Shown: positions 1 to 14,069, numbered from the whole stretch's first letter. The stretch is DNA of 63,563 bases, filler included, from Kipferlia bialata (GCA_003568945.1; 6 parts of 6 records of this genome joined end to end with filler, not necessarily neighbours in it), one strand, 5' to 3'. The notes: a model not told the origin generated them from the sequence alone. Program-made: numbers and translations.

Positions 1-95
1 AACCCCCCTTAAAAAAAAACCCCCCCCCCCCCCCTGCTCTCTCTCTCTCTCTTTCTCTCTCTCCCCCTATCATTCTCCATCCCTTGACCCTTCAG

Positions 96-1818
96 GATGT
101 GAGCTGGGTTATGTCACAGTGTTCGATCTCTGGAGCTACAGACTCACAAGGTACCCACATATACATTCTCTCATTCCCCTCTGTTTGTACCCGTATATAT
201 ATTTCTATATACATATATGTATATATATATATATCGTAAGAGTTGGTCAATTCTCTCCAATGTATCATCCCCTTAACACCTCTTTCTCTCATATATATTC
301 ATTCTCTTTCTCATTATAGGGCCTTACACCCCCCTCCTGTCCAATTTCCTGTCCAAATATCTCTCTATATACATACATATATACGTAAATGTAGTATCAT
401 TATTCATTTATATCATTCCAGGGCCCCACCTCCACCCCCTCCAGTCCAACGTCCTGTCCATCTCTCTCTCTCTCTCTCTCTCTCCCTCTCTCAAAATAGG
501 GCCTTACACCCCCTCCAGTCCAACGTCCTGTCCATCTCTCTCTCTCTCTCTCTCTCTCCCACTCTCATTATAGGGCCCTACACCCTCTCCAGTCCAATGT
601 CCTGTCCATATCATGGAACCTCACTGGCACCAAGCTGGTGTGTGCAGACGAGAACGACACAGTGTGAGTACAAGATATATGTGTCTAGAATACAATATTT
701 ACTATATATATATATGTATATATATATGGATAGATATGGATAGACGAGCATGACACAGTGTGAGTACAAGAGATATATGTCCATATTTCTATACATACTG
801 TATATGTATATGGATAGATATGGATAGACGAGTACGACACATGAGTGAATGTTTATCTCTAGCATCAACAGAAGGATCATCTGTTTGCATGTTAACACAT
901 ATGTTGCACGTTATATGTATGAAAGATACATATTCCTTATTCTTCATCCCTAGCCTGATTGATATCTCTGAAATATACATATTATCGTTAGTACACGTAC
1001 ATCGTTAATACTCATCCCCAGCCTGATTATGATTATGAAATATACATATTCCTTATTCCTCATCCCCAGCTTGATTATGATTATGAAATATACATATTCC
1101 ATATTACTCATCCCCAGCCTGATTGATATCTAATATACATATTCCATATTCCTCATCCCCAGCCTGATTGATATCTCGCAGGATGTGCCAGAGGTATAGA
1201 TATGTAGATGTATATATATATATGTATGTATTCCTCATTTTCTCATCCCCAGTCTGATTGATATCTCGCAGGATGTGCCAGTGACACTCAAGGAGTCAGA
1301 CATTGTCAACGCTGGAAGGGTATGTTTACCCCCCCCCCCTCCCTTACACACACACACACGCATACTCACACATCTGTGTATATACATTTATACACTATAT
1401 AATGCCTATAGCCGCATGTGTTCTAATTATTATACAATTAGACTTTATTTGTATAATTGGTCTATTTACTATTCTTCATTGCTATATGTGCGTGTGTCAT
1501 TGTCTATCCCTACCTCGCGTATATCCTATCCCTACCTCGCGTATATGTGCGTGTGTCATTGTCTATTTCACCCCCAGGCATACAATGGAGAGCCAGTGTC
1601 CAAGCCTTCCCCAGGTATATATGATTCTATATTCATAGTAATGGACCGTAACTATCTTAATGTGTCTTCCCCTCCCGACCGCTTCTAGACCCCTCTTGAC
1701 CCCACTTGACCCATCTTGACTTCTCTTGACCCCTAGGTGTTGTTGAGGGCAAGGATATGGAGCCCCCCTCTGAGGCCACGATGAGGGCAGTGAGGCGCAT
1801 ACTCAGACAGGTATATTC

Positions 1819-1850
<32 letters not shown>

Positions 1851-3374
1851 TAAATATATATGTTTATAATGATATAGTTATTATTAATATATAGTGAGAA
1901 TATTCTATTTGTAAGCCACGATGTGGGCAGTCAGGCGCATACTGAGACAGGTGTGTGTACACTATATACAATTAGTTATAGTATTTGACTTGACAAGTAT
2001 CTCATGTGTATCATGTCGTGGTGAGTGCTCTCAAGAAGGGTACACTCATCCATTCATATATATATACTTATCATATCCATGTCTAAACCCAACCCTGGAG
2101 TGCCCTCAAGAAGAGTACTATTATTATATAGATATTTCATTCGTATGTTTGTGTATGTATCTCATATATAGCCCTGGAGTGCCCTCAAGAAGAGGGATAG
2201 TTCCATGTATATACACATATTGTANNNNNNNNNNNNNNNNNNNNNNNNNNNNNNNNNNNNNNNNNNNNNNNNNNNNNNNNNNNNNNNNNNNNNNNNNNNN
2301 NNNNNNNNNNNNNNNNNNNNNNNNNNNNNNNNNNNNNNNNNNNNNNNNNNNNNNNNNNAGCATATATACTATATATCTCACCCCCAGCCCTGGAGTGCCC
2401 TCAAGAAGAGGGAGGAGCTCGACAAGGCACTCAGCAACTTCAGCAAGGACGCGCAGAGACCTATCCTCGAAGGTGAGTTGTGTTTATATAGTATATGAAT
2501 AGGCATAATTGAATGATTCATTAATAGTGCACTGTCCCACCCGCCTCAGCCCATGTGATTGCCCCACAAACACTGTATATATACTAAAATATTCATTATA
2601 TTACTACTAACTCCCAGTTCTGTCTGAGGCCCATGTCATAGCCCCAGACTCTCTCTCTCTCTCTCTCTCTCTCTCTACACACACCCACAAATATGTATAT
2701 CATATATATTCTAACTCTTAGTCCTGTCTGAGGCCCATGTCATAGCCCCACATACACTGTATATTTATGAATATGTCAATATTTCTATTTGTGTCTATAA
2801 ATTCTAACCCCCAGTCCTGTCCGAGGCCCATGTCATAGCCCCAGATGGCAATGACCCCGACACAGTGTGTCTCAGTCAGATGTACACTAGGTATAGTTTA
2901 AGCTATATTTATATACCTATGTATATATACTATATATACTCTACATATCACACTGTAGTCATATTAATTGTCGTGTCACACCTTAATCGAATACCCCCTA
3001 ACCCCCAGTGGTGATGAGGAGTGGCGCAAGAGATATACTGTGTTACTTGTATGTATATATTGTAAATAGTGGTAGCACTACTACTAGCGTATCCCCACAT
3101 ACTCTATCTAAATCCAATCCCCTCTCTTACCCCAGTGGTGATGGGGAGTGGCGCAAGAGAGAGATTGCCAGGATCACATACACAGAGGTACGTATACTCC
3201 AGATCATATAATATATATATATATATATACTATTATTATTATTATTATTATTAATATTATTTATACTGTATACTGTATAGACCTGGTTAGAGATTGCCAG
3301 GATCACTTACACAGAGGTACTTCATATCAATGATATATACATATCAATGCTATAAACATATTACTGCATTATTG

Positions 3375-3409
<35 letters not shown>

Positions 3410-3799
3410 ACCCTTAATATCAGGGCCGCACCGCTGCCTCTGTCTCCTCCTTGGCCCTGTCCGATGGCTCTGTCATAATAGCAGTCGCATACACACAGGT
3501 GAGATAATTGATTATGCATTGATTCTTACAGTAATTGATTCTCTTGGTTTGGTCCTAGTAGCAGTCGCATACACACAGGTGAGTAGATACACAGAGATGA
3601 GTAATTGATTCTTTGATTGATTCCATGATTGATTCCATGATTGATCCTCAGGGTGGCATTGATGTATTCCATGCTGGGTCCAAGATGGAGGGAGAGGGGG
3701 AGAATGTAGGGTATTACCATGTCGGTAGTGAGGCCTCAGTGCCAAGTGCAACAGTCAAGGTAACACTTTGATAATCAGTATTTTGATCTATATACTCAG

Positions 3800-3830
<31 letters not shown>

Positions 3831-6800
3831 CCCCCATATAGTGAGGCCTCAGTGCCAAGCGTAACAGTCAAGGTAAAGTATAAGATATGGTATCCCTCTC
3901 TGTATATATATATATTTACACAGCCTTACACTAGCTGTCTGTGCTCTCTGTCCTTGAGACACCCTTTGAATCTCAGTTATATATTTATATATATATATAT
4001 ATGTACTACTATGTATATGATAGTATTCCTCTAACCCAGGTCTCTGTGCTCTCTGTCCTTGAGACACCCTTTGTGGTGGTATGTACAGGCACAGTGCTCA
4101 AGGCACACAAGGTATGCATATACACTATATATACTATGCATAGGTGCTCCGCGCATACCCTGTACATATTGTCTATCATCTGTACTTTTTCCCACTCTCT
4201 CTCCCCCCCTTCCTACACCCTTATTCCTACCTTGTCTCCCTTTCTCTCTCAATGTATATGATTATACTTGTATATTTGTATACTTTCACCCTCAGCTTGT
4301 CTCGCAGTCCATTGTGGAGACCTCAGCCTCCAGTCCCCAGGGTCCATACATACTGGACACACAGGGCACAGACGGCACAGGTATTAGACACCATTATGAT
4401 ATTGTATTCATTATATATATATCAGGTATCAGGTATCAGGTATATCAGGTATCAGGTATAGAATGGTGTGTCGTGTATTATATATAGGTTGTCACTTATC
4501 ATTCAGACATTGGCGGGTGCCTCAGGCGTGATGAGTCTGTGCTCCAGATGCATGTCCAGAGTGTGCAGAGGGAGCAGTGGCTGGCATGCGTCACTGCCAG
4601 ACAGGTACTATTCATTCATTAATATTCAATATTAATTAATATTAGTTAATATTCAATATTAATCATTTATTAATATTCATGAGTATTAGAATACACCTGG
4701 CTATTGTCATAGACGTACTGTATACTCAAACCCAGGTCATTGTCATATCCCTAGACCCTTCGAACAGCCAGCCCCTATCCTTGGTCCTGGCCATTCCTGC
4801 CCAGACAAGGGTCCCAGGTAACAGTCAAGTTTAGTCAAGAGTAGTCCGTATTGGTCAAGTATCTGACCCCTTTAGGCATGGATGCATCCTTCACTGTGGC
4901 AAGGGTACCCACTCCCATGCACGACATCCCAACACCTGTCCCAATCAGTGAGCCAGGTATTGATTTAGTAATGAATTGATTCTCCGATTGATTCTCTGAT
5001 TAATGATTGTTGATCTCCAGATGTACCGAAGGGGCTTCACGTTGTCTACCTGACCGGAGAGAGTCTCAGCCTCATCGACATTGAGGTGAGATACATAGGA
5101 TATATAATAGAATATATGTAATATACTTTATAATATATGTGTATTATTATATATACAATATCCATAGTCAGTGGCAGCTTATTGGGTCTCTTTCTACAGC
5201 CTCATCGACATTGAGGTGAGAGACAGTGTCTGTTGTGTTTCATATAATAATGGCAGAGTTATGTAGACCCTCAGTACTAATATGATTCCCTACTCCTTGC
5301 TATTTACTCTATGTTCGAAACTATTGATATATGTATGTGTATATTTATTGTATATGTCTCTCTACTCTAACTAACTAACTATATATATATGTAATTTATA
5401 TGTCTCGCTCTACTCTAATCATCAGGTTGTGCGTACTCTCCGCACCCTCAGATCCCAGTCGATAGATAGACCCCTAAACGGACTTGTCCAGGACACTGTG
5501 GTGCAGGTGACTCCTCGATCAATACATTGATTCTCCGATTGATTCTCCGATTGATTCACACTCATTCCAGGGTGAGCGCCCCATGAACAAGGCAGTCTCT
5601 GGGAGGGAGACTGTCATTGTACCCACTGTGGCCATGTGCTATGGCAAGAACGCACTGGTCGTGTTCATGCCAGGTGTTGTATATAATCATTAGTCATAAT
5701 CATAATAACTATTACTATACATATACACATACATATACATATATGTACTGAGGTCATGTGCTATGCACTGGTCGTGTTCATGCCAGGTATTGTACTAATA
5801 TGTGTATATTCATGTATGTATACATATGATCATATAAGTATTTGCTTCGAACTGAAATACAGTATATATCAATAGTGTACACCGGTTGTACGTTCAGGCC
5901 TACCCATACCCCCTCTTACTCTCTATGCCTGTTTGTCTACATCTCAATGTCTTCATCTAACTGTATCTTGTAACTAATATTGTACTAATATATGTGTTTA
6001 TACCTATATTCTTATGGTTGGTATCTTCCTCTGATACCCAGGCCTTCCCATCCCCCCTCTCCATGCCCTGGTGCCTGGTCTGAGGTTCACAGCAAGACCA
6101 GTTGGAAAGGAGGTATGTATATACTTTTACCTAGTTTAGTATTGTATTATTTTGTTAATGTAATATTATACTATTATATGTTTATGTCGAATATATTTGT
6201 GTATGATTAACCCCCAGGAGAGAGAGGACGAGTTCGGTGACGTCCTTTAGAGTAGTACCTCTATATTGTATACTGTATACTGTATACTGTATACTTATAC
6301 ATTAATAGATTTCTACTTACCCCCAGGAGAGAGAGGACGAGTTCGATGACGTCCCGTGCATGAAGACATACGATGACCCCAGATACCTGGACAGAGTGGG
6401 GGCCAGAGAGGTACATTCAACTAATTGATTCTTCAAATTGATTCTCCGATTGATTCTACCTATTGATACTTGGACAGAGTGGGGGCCAGAGAGGTACACT
6501 AAACTAATTGATTCTTCAAATTGATTCTCCAATTGATTCTACCTATTGATACCTGGACAGTGGTGGCCAGAGAGGTAACGTCTTATACAACCAATTGATT
6601 CCACAAATAGATTCTCTAACAAATTCTCCAATTGACCTTCAGTATGTGGGAGATGACCCCGATGACGAGTTGGACCTTGGGGTGCCAGGAGAGTGCACGG
6701 GGGTCACGGAGGAGCTATCTGTGGTGCCAGGTATTTCTAATGTATATGTTCTATATTGTGTATACCATATTAGATGACATGGTACTATAATGGTAATTGT

Positions 6801-6972
6801 GTCACAATAACTACAAGAGTCCTTCAATGGTGAGAATAGTGTCTTGCACGCATTCTTGTATGTGGCTGAGGGAACTATATGCATATATACCTCTCATCTC
6901 TACCTTCTTACCCTTTCAGGTCTTTGGAGGTCTGAGATTGGTGTCAGAGACCACCTAAGAGTCCCATACTAG
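96..6972 (+). CDS. RBBP5: RBBP5/Swd1-like WD40 protein (COMPASS subunit), about 20 short exons, 5' end missing
   Basis: Manual splicing gives GCELGYVTVFDLWSYRLTRALHPLQSNVLSISWNLTGTKLVCADENDTV (cf. RBBP5 GCNDGRIVIWDFLTRGIAKIISAHIHPVCSLCWSRDGHKLVSASTDNIV). The C-terminal LHALVPGLRFTARPVGKEEREDEFD matches the WSAFAPDF...EERESEFD motif. Stop TAG at 6970-6972. Confidence 0.75.
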
Positions 6973-7559
6973 ACACCTACATGTCTACAATGACGTCAGA
7001 ATCCCATTTACGTACGGGACTCAATATTCGCAGAAACCTGGTGACATACGAGTACATTTTTGCTCTAAGGTCTAGATTTGCCTTAAGTGGATCTGTAATG
7101 ACGTCGGGGGTATCGCTTTGCCCTGGTATGAAATAGATTCTCAGAAATCCAGGGATATATGTTTGGCTGGGTCTCAGGCTCCCTGTATGAATATGAATGC
7201 CTATGGAACCTGATTGGCGCGTAAATGCGGTAGCTCCCCACATGTTTGCCCGTGTTACTAGGGCCCAGTAGACTGTAACTGTTGACATAAGGATCTGTCG
7301 GGATTCCCGACTCGGGAAGGCGGCAGGTTAAGATCCTGTCGGTACTATTTGCAATATTTCTCGAATCCCACTTCACACATCTATTCTCATTCTTCCTCAA
7401 CTATACACTGTGTGAATGTCTTTGTCCGTGAGGATCAATGAAACTATACACTATGTTGGAAATACTATTGAATACTTCCCTCGCCAATGGCGTCATTACC
7501 CCCTAATGTTTCCCCCCTCGTAATCGACTACACACACAGTGCCGACATTGCGTGAGGGC

Positions 7560-7590
7560 CTGTCGAGCTCAGAAGCCAGAACCATGCTTG

Positions 7591-7643
<53 letters not shown>

Positions 7644-8480
7644 CCAGGAACATACTTGGTGTTGCACAATTCAGTCAGCTAAAGAATAGATACAATACAC
7701 GTACGTGATGTCACCCTTAGACTCAACTGCAAGGGCGGCGCCAAAGCTAGAGCCTGGAGTGTCAGAGGTTACCTCTGAGAGGTATATATAGGAACAAGAA
7801 TGACTTGAGTACTCAACAGTTATCAGCCGTACCCATGTTCCAGTCTTAAGGGTGTAGAAGGAGAGAGAGAGAGAAAATACCCATGTTCCACTCATTCCAG
7901 AACCCAATCTTCTCCAAAGAGGTGCCGTCGAAGGAGTAAATGTCCACTGTACCGCCGTAGTATGGATAATTGGTCCCTGTACGTGAGACAGTTGAAGAGG
8001 CGAACCTTTAAATATATAAGTCATAATATTTAGACATACAGACAGCAGTTGGATTGGAACCTCTATCAGAGAATAGAAAGAGTATGTCATGAAACAACAC
8101 CCACGATGAGATGATTCCGCGCTCATGCTTCTCCATATGTGTATATATAACGATATATGTTTACTAATGTATTAATTAGACACTTACTCATAATTATAGA
8201 TACAACTATATGTATACATACTCATAATTATAGATACAATTATATGTATAATTATGTATAGTTTACAATTATACGAATTAGATACAAACCCACCAGTGGA
8301 ATCAACGAAGAACGTGTCTACGGTAACTGCGACCGATGCCCCCAGGTACTCATACTAATACTGTTACTGATAGTTTCAGTGTACTGGAATGAACAACTGT
8401 ATATCACAATCAGTGTGAATGAAACGTCTCCCTTCGTACAGTACAAGTTCAATTCAAAGAAGTCAAATGTCAAGTACTCA
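7560..8480 (-). pseudogene. Degenerate fragments of an FG-GAP/propeller-like repeat gene
   Basis: Minus-strand peptide fragments YLGASVAVTVDTFFVDSTG, GTNYPYYGGTVDIYSFDGTSLEKIG and TSDTPGSSFGAALAVE. In-frame stops lie nearby and I could not build a clean spliced model. Confidence 0.3.
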
Positions 8481-8630
8481 TTCAATGTGTATATCTATTT
8501 GTGGACCCTAGATGCTTCAAATGCCAGCAGAAGACACTGTCCTTAGATCAGAGTGTCTAGGGCCTAGTGTTTGTAGCCATCAAGTATAAATCTATTATGT
8601 TGCCGTAATTTTCTTCAGTGCATTAAGGGT

Positions 8631-10729
8631 TTAGATCAGAGTGTCCCTGGCCTGGTATATCAGCATGTATGCAATGTGGCTGTCAGCCCCTCCCTTGAGC
8701 CTTCTGATCTCCTCATCGGAGGCAGTCGACACCTGGGTTTTAGAGAATAAGACAGAAGAGCTTCCATAGAGAAGACGTCTATCATAGAAGTCGTTGTAAG
8801 AATATATTTGAGTATTAGTTAAGTGTTTCAAAAGAAATGTACCTGCTCATCGTCGAACAGCAGCCACTGGTCCCTCTTCTTGGCCCAGCACACATAGTGG
8901 CCAGAGTTGGCAGACCTGGGGGTTACTACACCTTAAAAACACTTTATATATATAACCAAATATGTTCTATATAATCATTGCGACCAGAGTTGGCAGACCT
9001 GGAGTTGAGAGGTGTACAGATACACCGTATACACACACTATGATGCCTACTAAACTGCATATACTCACACTATATACTCATAATACAGAGCAGGTATATA
9101 TATGAGTATGATGATATATATGTATATATATATATGAGTATGATGATACCTTCCAATGTGGCTGATGACTGCATGCAGGTCGTAGTACCCTGTGGGCCCC
9201 TCCACCACCTCCAGCTCCTCCTGACCCATCGGGGTGTCCTCGCCCTGGGACTCGGCCTTCTGAAGGTTAGAATCAATCGGAGAATCAATCGGAGAATCAA
9301 TCGGAGAATCAATCGGAGAATCATATCACACCTTGCGGAGGTAGTCTCTCTTCTTCTCGTACTGCTCCTTGAGCTCTGGGGTGGCCAGGGGTGCCATGTC
9401 CAGCACATTGGGGTGGGCAACGTCACGCAGCAGCTTGGCCTAGAGGGTTAGACAAACAAACATATATACCATAAATACACTACCTTGGTCTGCTCTGCCT
9501 GGTTCCATGCAAAGCGCATCATCTGGACCAGCAGGTAGGGGGAGGAGCCGTTGACCTCGACCTCCTCTAAGGGTTAGAAGGATTAGAACATACAGCGATT
9601 AGAAGAATTAGAATCCGTACTTCTGGTACATATATATATATATATAGGATAGAAACTAGGAGGGGTGTGAAGTAGTTTGGGAAGGAGCCGTTGACCTCGA
9701 CCTCCTCTGGGTGTGAGGAAAGACAAGTAGTATACATACACACATATATACACATGTTGAACACTGAAATATGCGGTCTACTCACCGAGCCACTCCTTCT
9801 TATCATCTCCAGAGCCCCTCTCCACACTGGAGTGCTTCTGTCTGGGGTGGGTAATATATTGCATTACACACACACTAGTACAGTGCGAATGGGTGTGAAT
9901 GGACAGATACATATAAATACAATATATATAACAGTGAGAGTATTTATATACACATATATATACCTCAGGAGCTGTGGGAGCAGGGCTGTGGTCTCCCTGT
10001 CAATGTAACACTGGAGACGGTCTAGAGTCTCCTCAGTCACCTCCTGCGTCATTAGAACAAGGAAGATAGCCATTCATTTGAGAAATATCTTCAACAAGTT
10101 AGGGAGTACCAAAGGTGTGGTCATTAGCAAAATAGAATAGGGACTGCATTGAAATAGGTGGGAATAGTCATAGGAGAAAATCAATTATGTACATGCGTAT
10201 TGTCATCATACCTCCTGCACCACCGTGTCTCCATCCATCAGTCTCCTTGTCCTCCTCATGGGGAAGGACAGACACCTGGACACACCGTCCTAGGGTAAGG
10301 GAGACATATATGTATGTATATATGTATATATATATATATAGATGATAAATATATATCGGCAGGTAGTAATACACACTTATACATACAAGCCTATCTTCAT
10401 CTGGACCTGTAAGTCCTCTGAGGGTCACATACATAGATGAATATATATATATATATATATATAGTATTTCACTCATATCAACCACAGGTCCCCTTATATT
10501 ATACCAGTCCGTCCTCTGAGGGTGCCCCCCACAGGAATGCATATGCACATATACACACACACATATATATATGTCCTCTGAGGGTGCCCCCCTGAGGAAT
10601 GCAGGGACCAGCTTGTTCTTCATGGTCTAAGGGTTAGGTGTACATTACCACAGTCAACATACACAGAAACATTATATACTTATCCACACGTACATACTAA
10701 GACAGAAATCTCAATACATACCAATTTGA

Positions 10730-10761
<32 letters not shown>

Positions 10762-10866
10762 CTATACCTGGAGCAGCACCGTCATGGCCTCCTCGGCATC
10801 ATGCTGCATGGGGGCACCTGGGGTGTAAGTGTATGGTAGTATATATATACATATGTATATGACAGT

Positions 10867-10897
<31 letters not shown>

Positions 10898-13011
10898 AAC
10901 AAACATCACTATATACATACTTACACATATATACATTCATATATGATTCATAATGCTGCATGGGGGCACCTGGGGTATGAGTATATATAATTACATATAT
11001 ATAAATAATAATACATTAATATATGTATATATGATGCATCATGCTGCTTGGGGTACTTGGGGTATGAGTATATCAGAACGCAAATCTTCAAAAACACCTA
11101 TGATATACGTATATTGAATGAAACTCACCAGCCTCTGTCAACTGGCCAAAGTCAGGGAACCTTCCTCTGAATGCAGCGAGTAGCTTCATGGGGAACACAG
11201 TGTTGCGCTCGACAGAGAGCTGTGAGAAGACCTAGGGTTAGAAGGAGAAAAATAGTATTCTAAACACTGCGTATTGCAAATATTAGTATGAGATAATGAA
11301 CAATAATATGCAACCGATGAATGCATAGGAGTCTAGGCATCTTCATGAGCTCCACCACCAGTACAATGCACTATATTAATAGTATATGTATATATGTATT
11401 ATTAGATATAAGTAAGTACTCAACCCATGTGCATACCTTCATGAGCTCCACCACCAGCACGTGGTCACTGTCGTTGGGGGAGGAGGGGTTGTACCTGGGT
11501 TAGAGGGGAAGTTGCAGTGTTCAAAACAGAAAGTAACATGGATAATGATTAATATATAGGGGTTGTGCCTGGGTGTGTGGGGAGGAGAAACATTACTAAT
11601 CATTCATGTTACTTAGGTACAATCAAATATCTTACAACATACAAACCTCCCCAGAACCTCTCCCAGCTCCTCCATGGAGTGCAGTGCCTGTAGGACAGAG
11701 TTGAGGTAGCAGGTGTTGCCAAGCTGCTGGATGCCTGTTCATGAGAGGAACATTAGTGATTAGAATATATTATGGTTAAAAGCAGTATGGATAATATAGA
11801 AAAGAAGAGAACTTAGAGTTTATACTATATAGTAAAGAACACATTATATAGAATATATATATTGGTATTATAGGGTATATATACTGTGGAAGGCTAAGGA
11901 GAGTGGAGACACACATGTTGCCAAACTGAGTGCGAAGACTATAACACATATACAAACAGCGTACTATACATGGTATAAAACGAATATCACACACACCTGG
12001 GGCGTTGACTGCTGCAATGACCTCCTCCTCCTCAACGACAGCGCTGGGAATAAGGGGGTAGGAGGGAGATATATTTATAGGTGGGAACAACGGCACTGGG
12101 CATAAGGGGGTAGAGGGGGGGGGAGAGACAGCAGAGAGACATAGAGAGAGAGAGAGAGAGTGCTTCACTAGTATCCATAGTGTATAGTAATACCATACTC
12201 ACACATATGAGTATTATGTATATACCAATTGAGTGAAAATGTACCTAGCGTCTCCCTGGCCAGATGCAGCCACTCTGTCAGTGCCCATTAGAATAAGGGT
12301 CATGCCATCAGCCATGCCAACGGCCTAGGTATTAAGGGTGTAGAGGTAGAGAGACACAGAGAGAGAGAGAGCATAAGGGTCATGCCGTTAGCCTAGATAC
12401 TAAGGGTGCAGAGAGATGGGGGGAGAGAGAGAGAGAGAGAGAATAAGGGTCATGCCATCAGCCATGCCAACAGCCTGATTATCAAGGGTGTAGAGGTAGA
12501 GAGAGAGATATATGTATATATAGTACACGCGTCACTACGATACATATAACACAATGTTGGTACATTCTGTTATAGAGGACTATTACTCCATACCCTGAGC
12601 ATGTCTGTGTCCTTGAGCGGACACAACATGGAATAGTATATAGATTACATATACTACAATATGTACTACGTACTGTATATAGTACTATTAGGAGTACATA
12701 CCCTAAGCATGCATGTGTCCTGGACAGGTATATGAACATATATCTATAACACCATATTTGTACTACTATTAGTACATACCCTGAGCATGTCTGTGTCCTT
12801 GAGGGATGAGCAGATATATCACAATATACAATACATATACAAAACTTATACCATAATGTATACTAGATACTATACATTACACTATTCCTTCATACCCTGA
12901 GCATGTCTGTGTCCTTGAGAGGCCTGCGGCAGGGGAGACCCAGCACATACTGCCTGGGGTGAGATGGTATATATATACTATACAGACACATAGATAGAGA
13001 GACAGAGAGAA

Positions 13012-13042
<31 letters not shown>

Positions 13043-13483
13043 TACATGAAAGACCCAGCATAAACTGCCTGGGGTAAGTCTATAACTATCACATACGAAG
13101 AGCGATAGAGAGAGAGCGATAGAGAAAGAGAGAGAGAGAGAGATGGCATACCCAGCACACACTGCATGGGGTGAGATTAGACATACAAATAGGGCATAGT
13201 GAATGTATATAAGGATATGAAGTGACTCAAAGAGAGAGATAGAGGGGGGGGGGTTAGGAGACCCATCACATACAAGCTGGGATAAGGATGTATATATCTA
13301 TCACATACGGAGGGAGCGAGAGAGAGAGAGACTTCTATGCATAATACCTGTTTGTGGACAGACCGGTCACTGTCTGCAGCTGGACACGGAAGGTGAGGCC
13401 ATCGTACTCACTGAAGGTGAGAGGGAAGGTATATATATATATACATATATAGAGAGAGAGGGAGAGAGAGGGAAGGTGGCCAT
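8631..13483 (-). CDS. USP14: Ubiquitin carboxyl-terminal hydrolase USP14/Ubp6, multi-exon, 5' end at contig edge
   Basis: Ubl region (FRVQLQTVTGLS...GMTLILMGTD), Cys box GIQQLGNTCYLNSVLQAL, QHDAEE, His box SANSGHYVCWAK...WLLFDDEQV and C-terminus EEIRRLKGGADSHIAYMLIY. Confidence 0.9.
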
Positions 13484-13583
13484 NNNNNNNNNNNNNNNNN
13501 NNNNNNNNNNNNNNNNNNNNNNNNNNNTTAATTAATTAANNNNNNNNNNNNNNNNNNNNNNNNNNNNNNNNNNNNNNNNNNNN
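13484..13583. other. Artificial contig-joining linker (N...TTAATTAATTAA...N)
   Basis: Six-frame-stop linker embedded in Ns. The same structure recurs at 27063, 40626, 54181 and 60161. Confidence 0.95.
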
Positions 13584-13641
13584 AAGAGTGTGTGTCTGTA
13601 TACTTTTATTCCCCCCCCCCCCCCTTTCTTCTTACCTTCAG

Positions 13642-13737
13642 GTGTACAACGCCGTGGTCAAGTACCGCGAGATCTTCACCTACGACATCCCCGTCAAGGA
13701 GTTCGACGAGGAGGCCCAGGAGGACCAGCTGGCCTAA
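13642..13737 (+). CDS. Terminal exon of an unidentified gene (VYNAVVKYREIFTYDIPVKEFDEEAQEDQLA*)
   Basis: Follows a pyrimidine tract and TTCAG acceptor, has GC-rich host codon usage and ends in TAA. Upstream exons are lost at the contig edge. Confidence 0.55.
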   Translation: MYNAVVKYREIFTYDIPVKEFDEEAQEDQLA

Positions 13738-14069
13738 GTGCCCGGTCCCATGATTGTACCTATAGTCTTAATGGCCGAGACGGCCAGTTTGTAGATATGT
13801 CGCCGAGTTATGCAGTGCTGTTGCATTGCAACACCAAAGCGAGCATATATGATTGATAGATTCCATGTGTTTCAGTTGTGTATGGTGGTATGTATTGTGG
13901 CTGTTGGACATTGGGGGTGTCTGGCATGGTAATGTAAGCTCCTAATACCACGCAGCGTGGTCACGCTCGAGTGACACATGAATATCTGCACCCTTTTGTC
14001 ACTCCCAAAGTTTTTGTCAATTTGATATCTGAGCAGAATTCTGCCTCATTGGCCTCTTCATCGCCATCA

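Noticed and set aside
944..1277. Repeat-spacer-like array resembling CRISPR
   Set aside because: The context is a eukaryotic intron, the repeats are copies of a splice acceptor and exon start, the 'spacers' are related to each other, and there are no cas genes.
92..4487. ORFs rich in YIYI/SLSL
   Set aside because: They are translations of intronic (TA)n/(CT)n microsatellites.
13528..13539. Recurrent TTAATTAATTAA palindrome as a biological motif
   Set aside because: It always sits inside N runs; it is a six-frame stop spacer.
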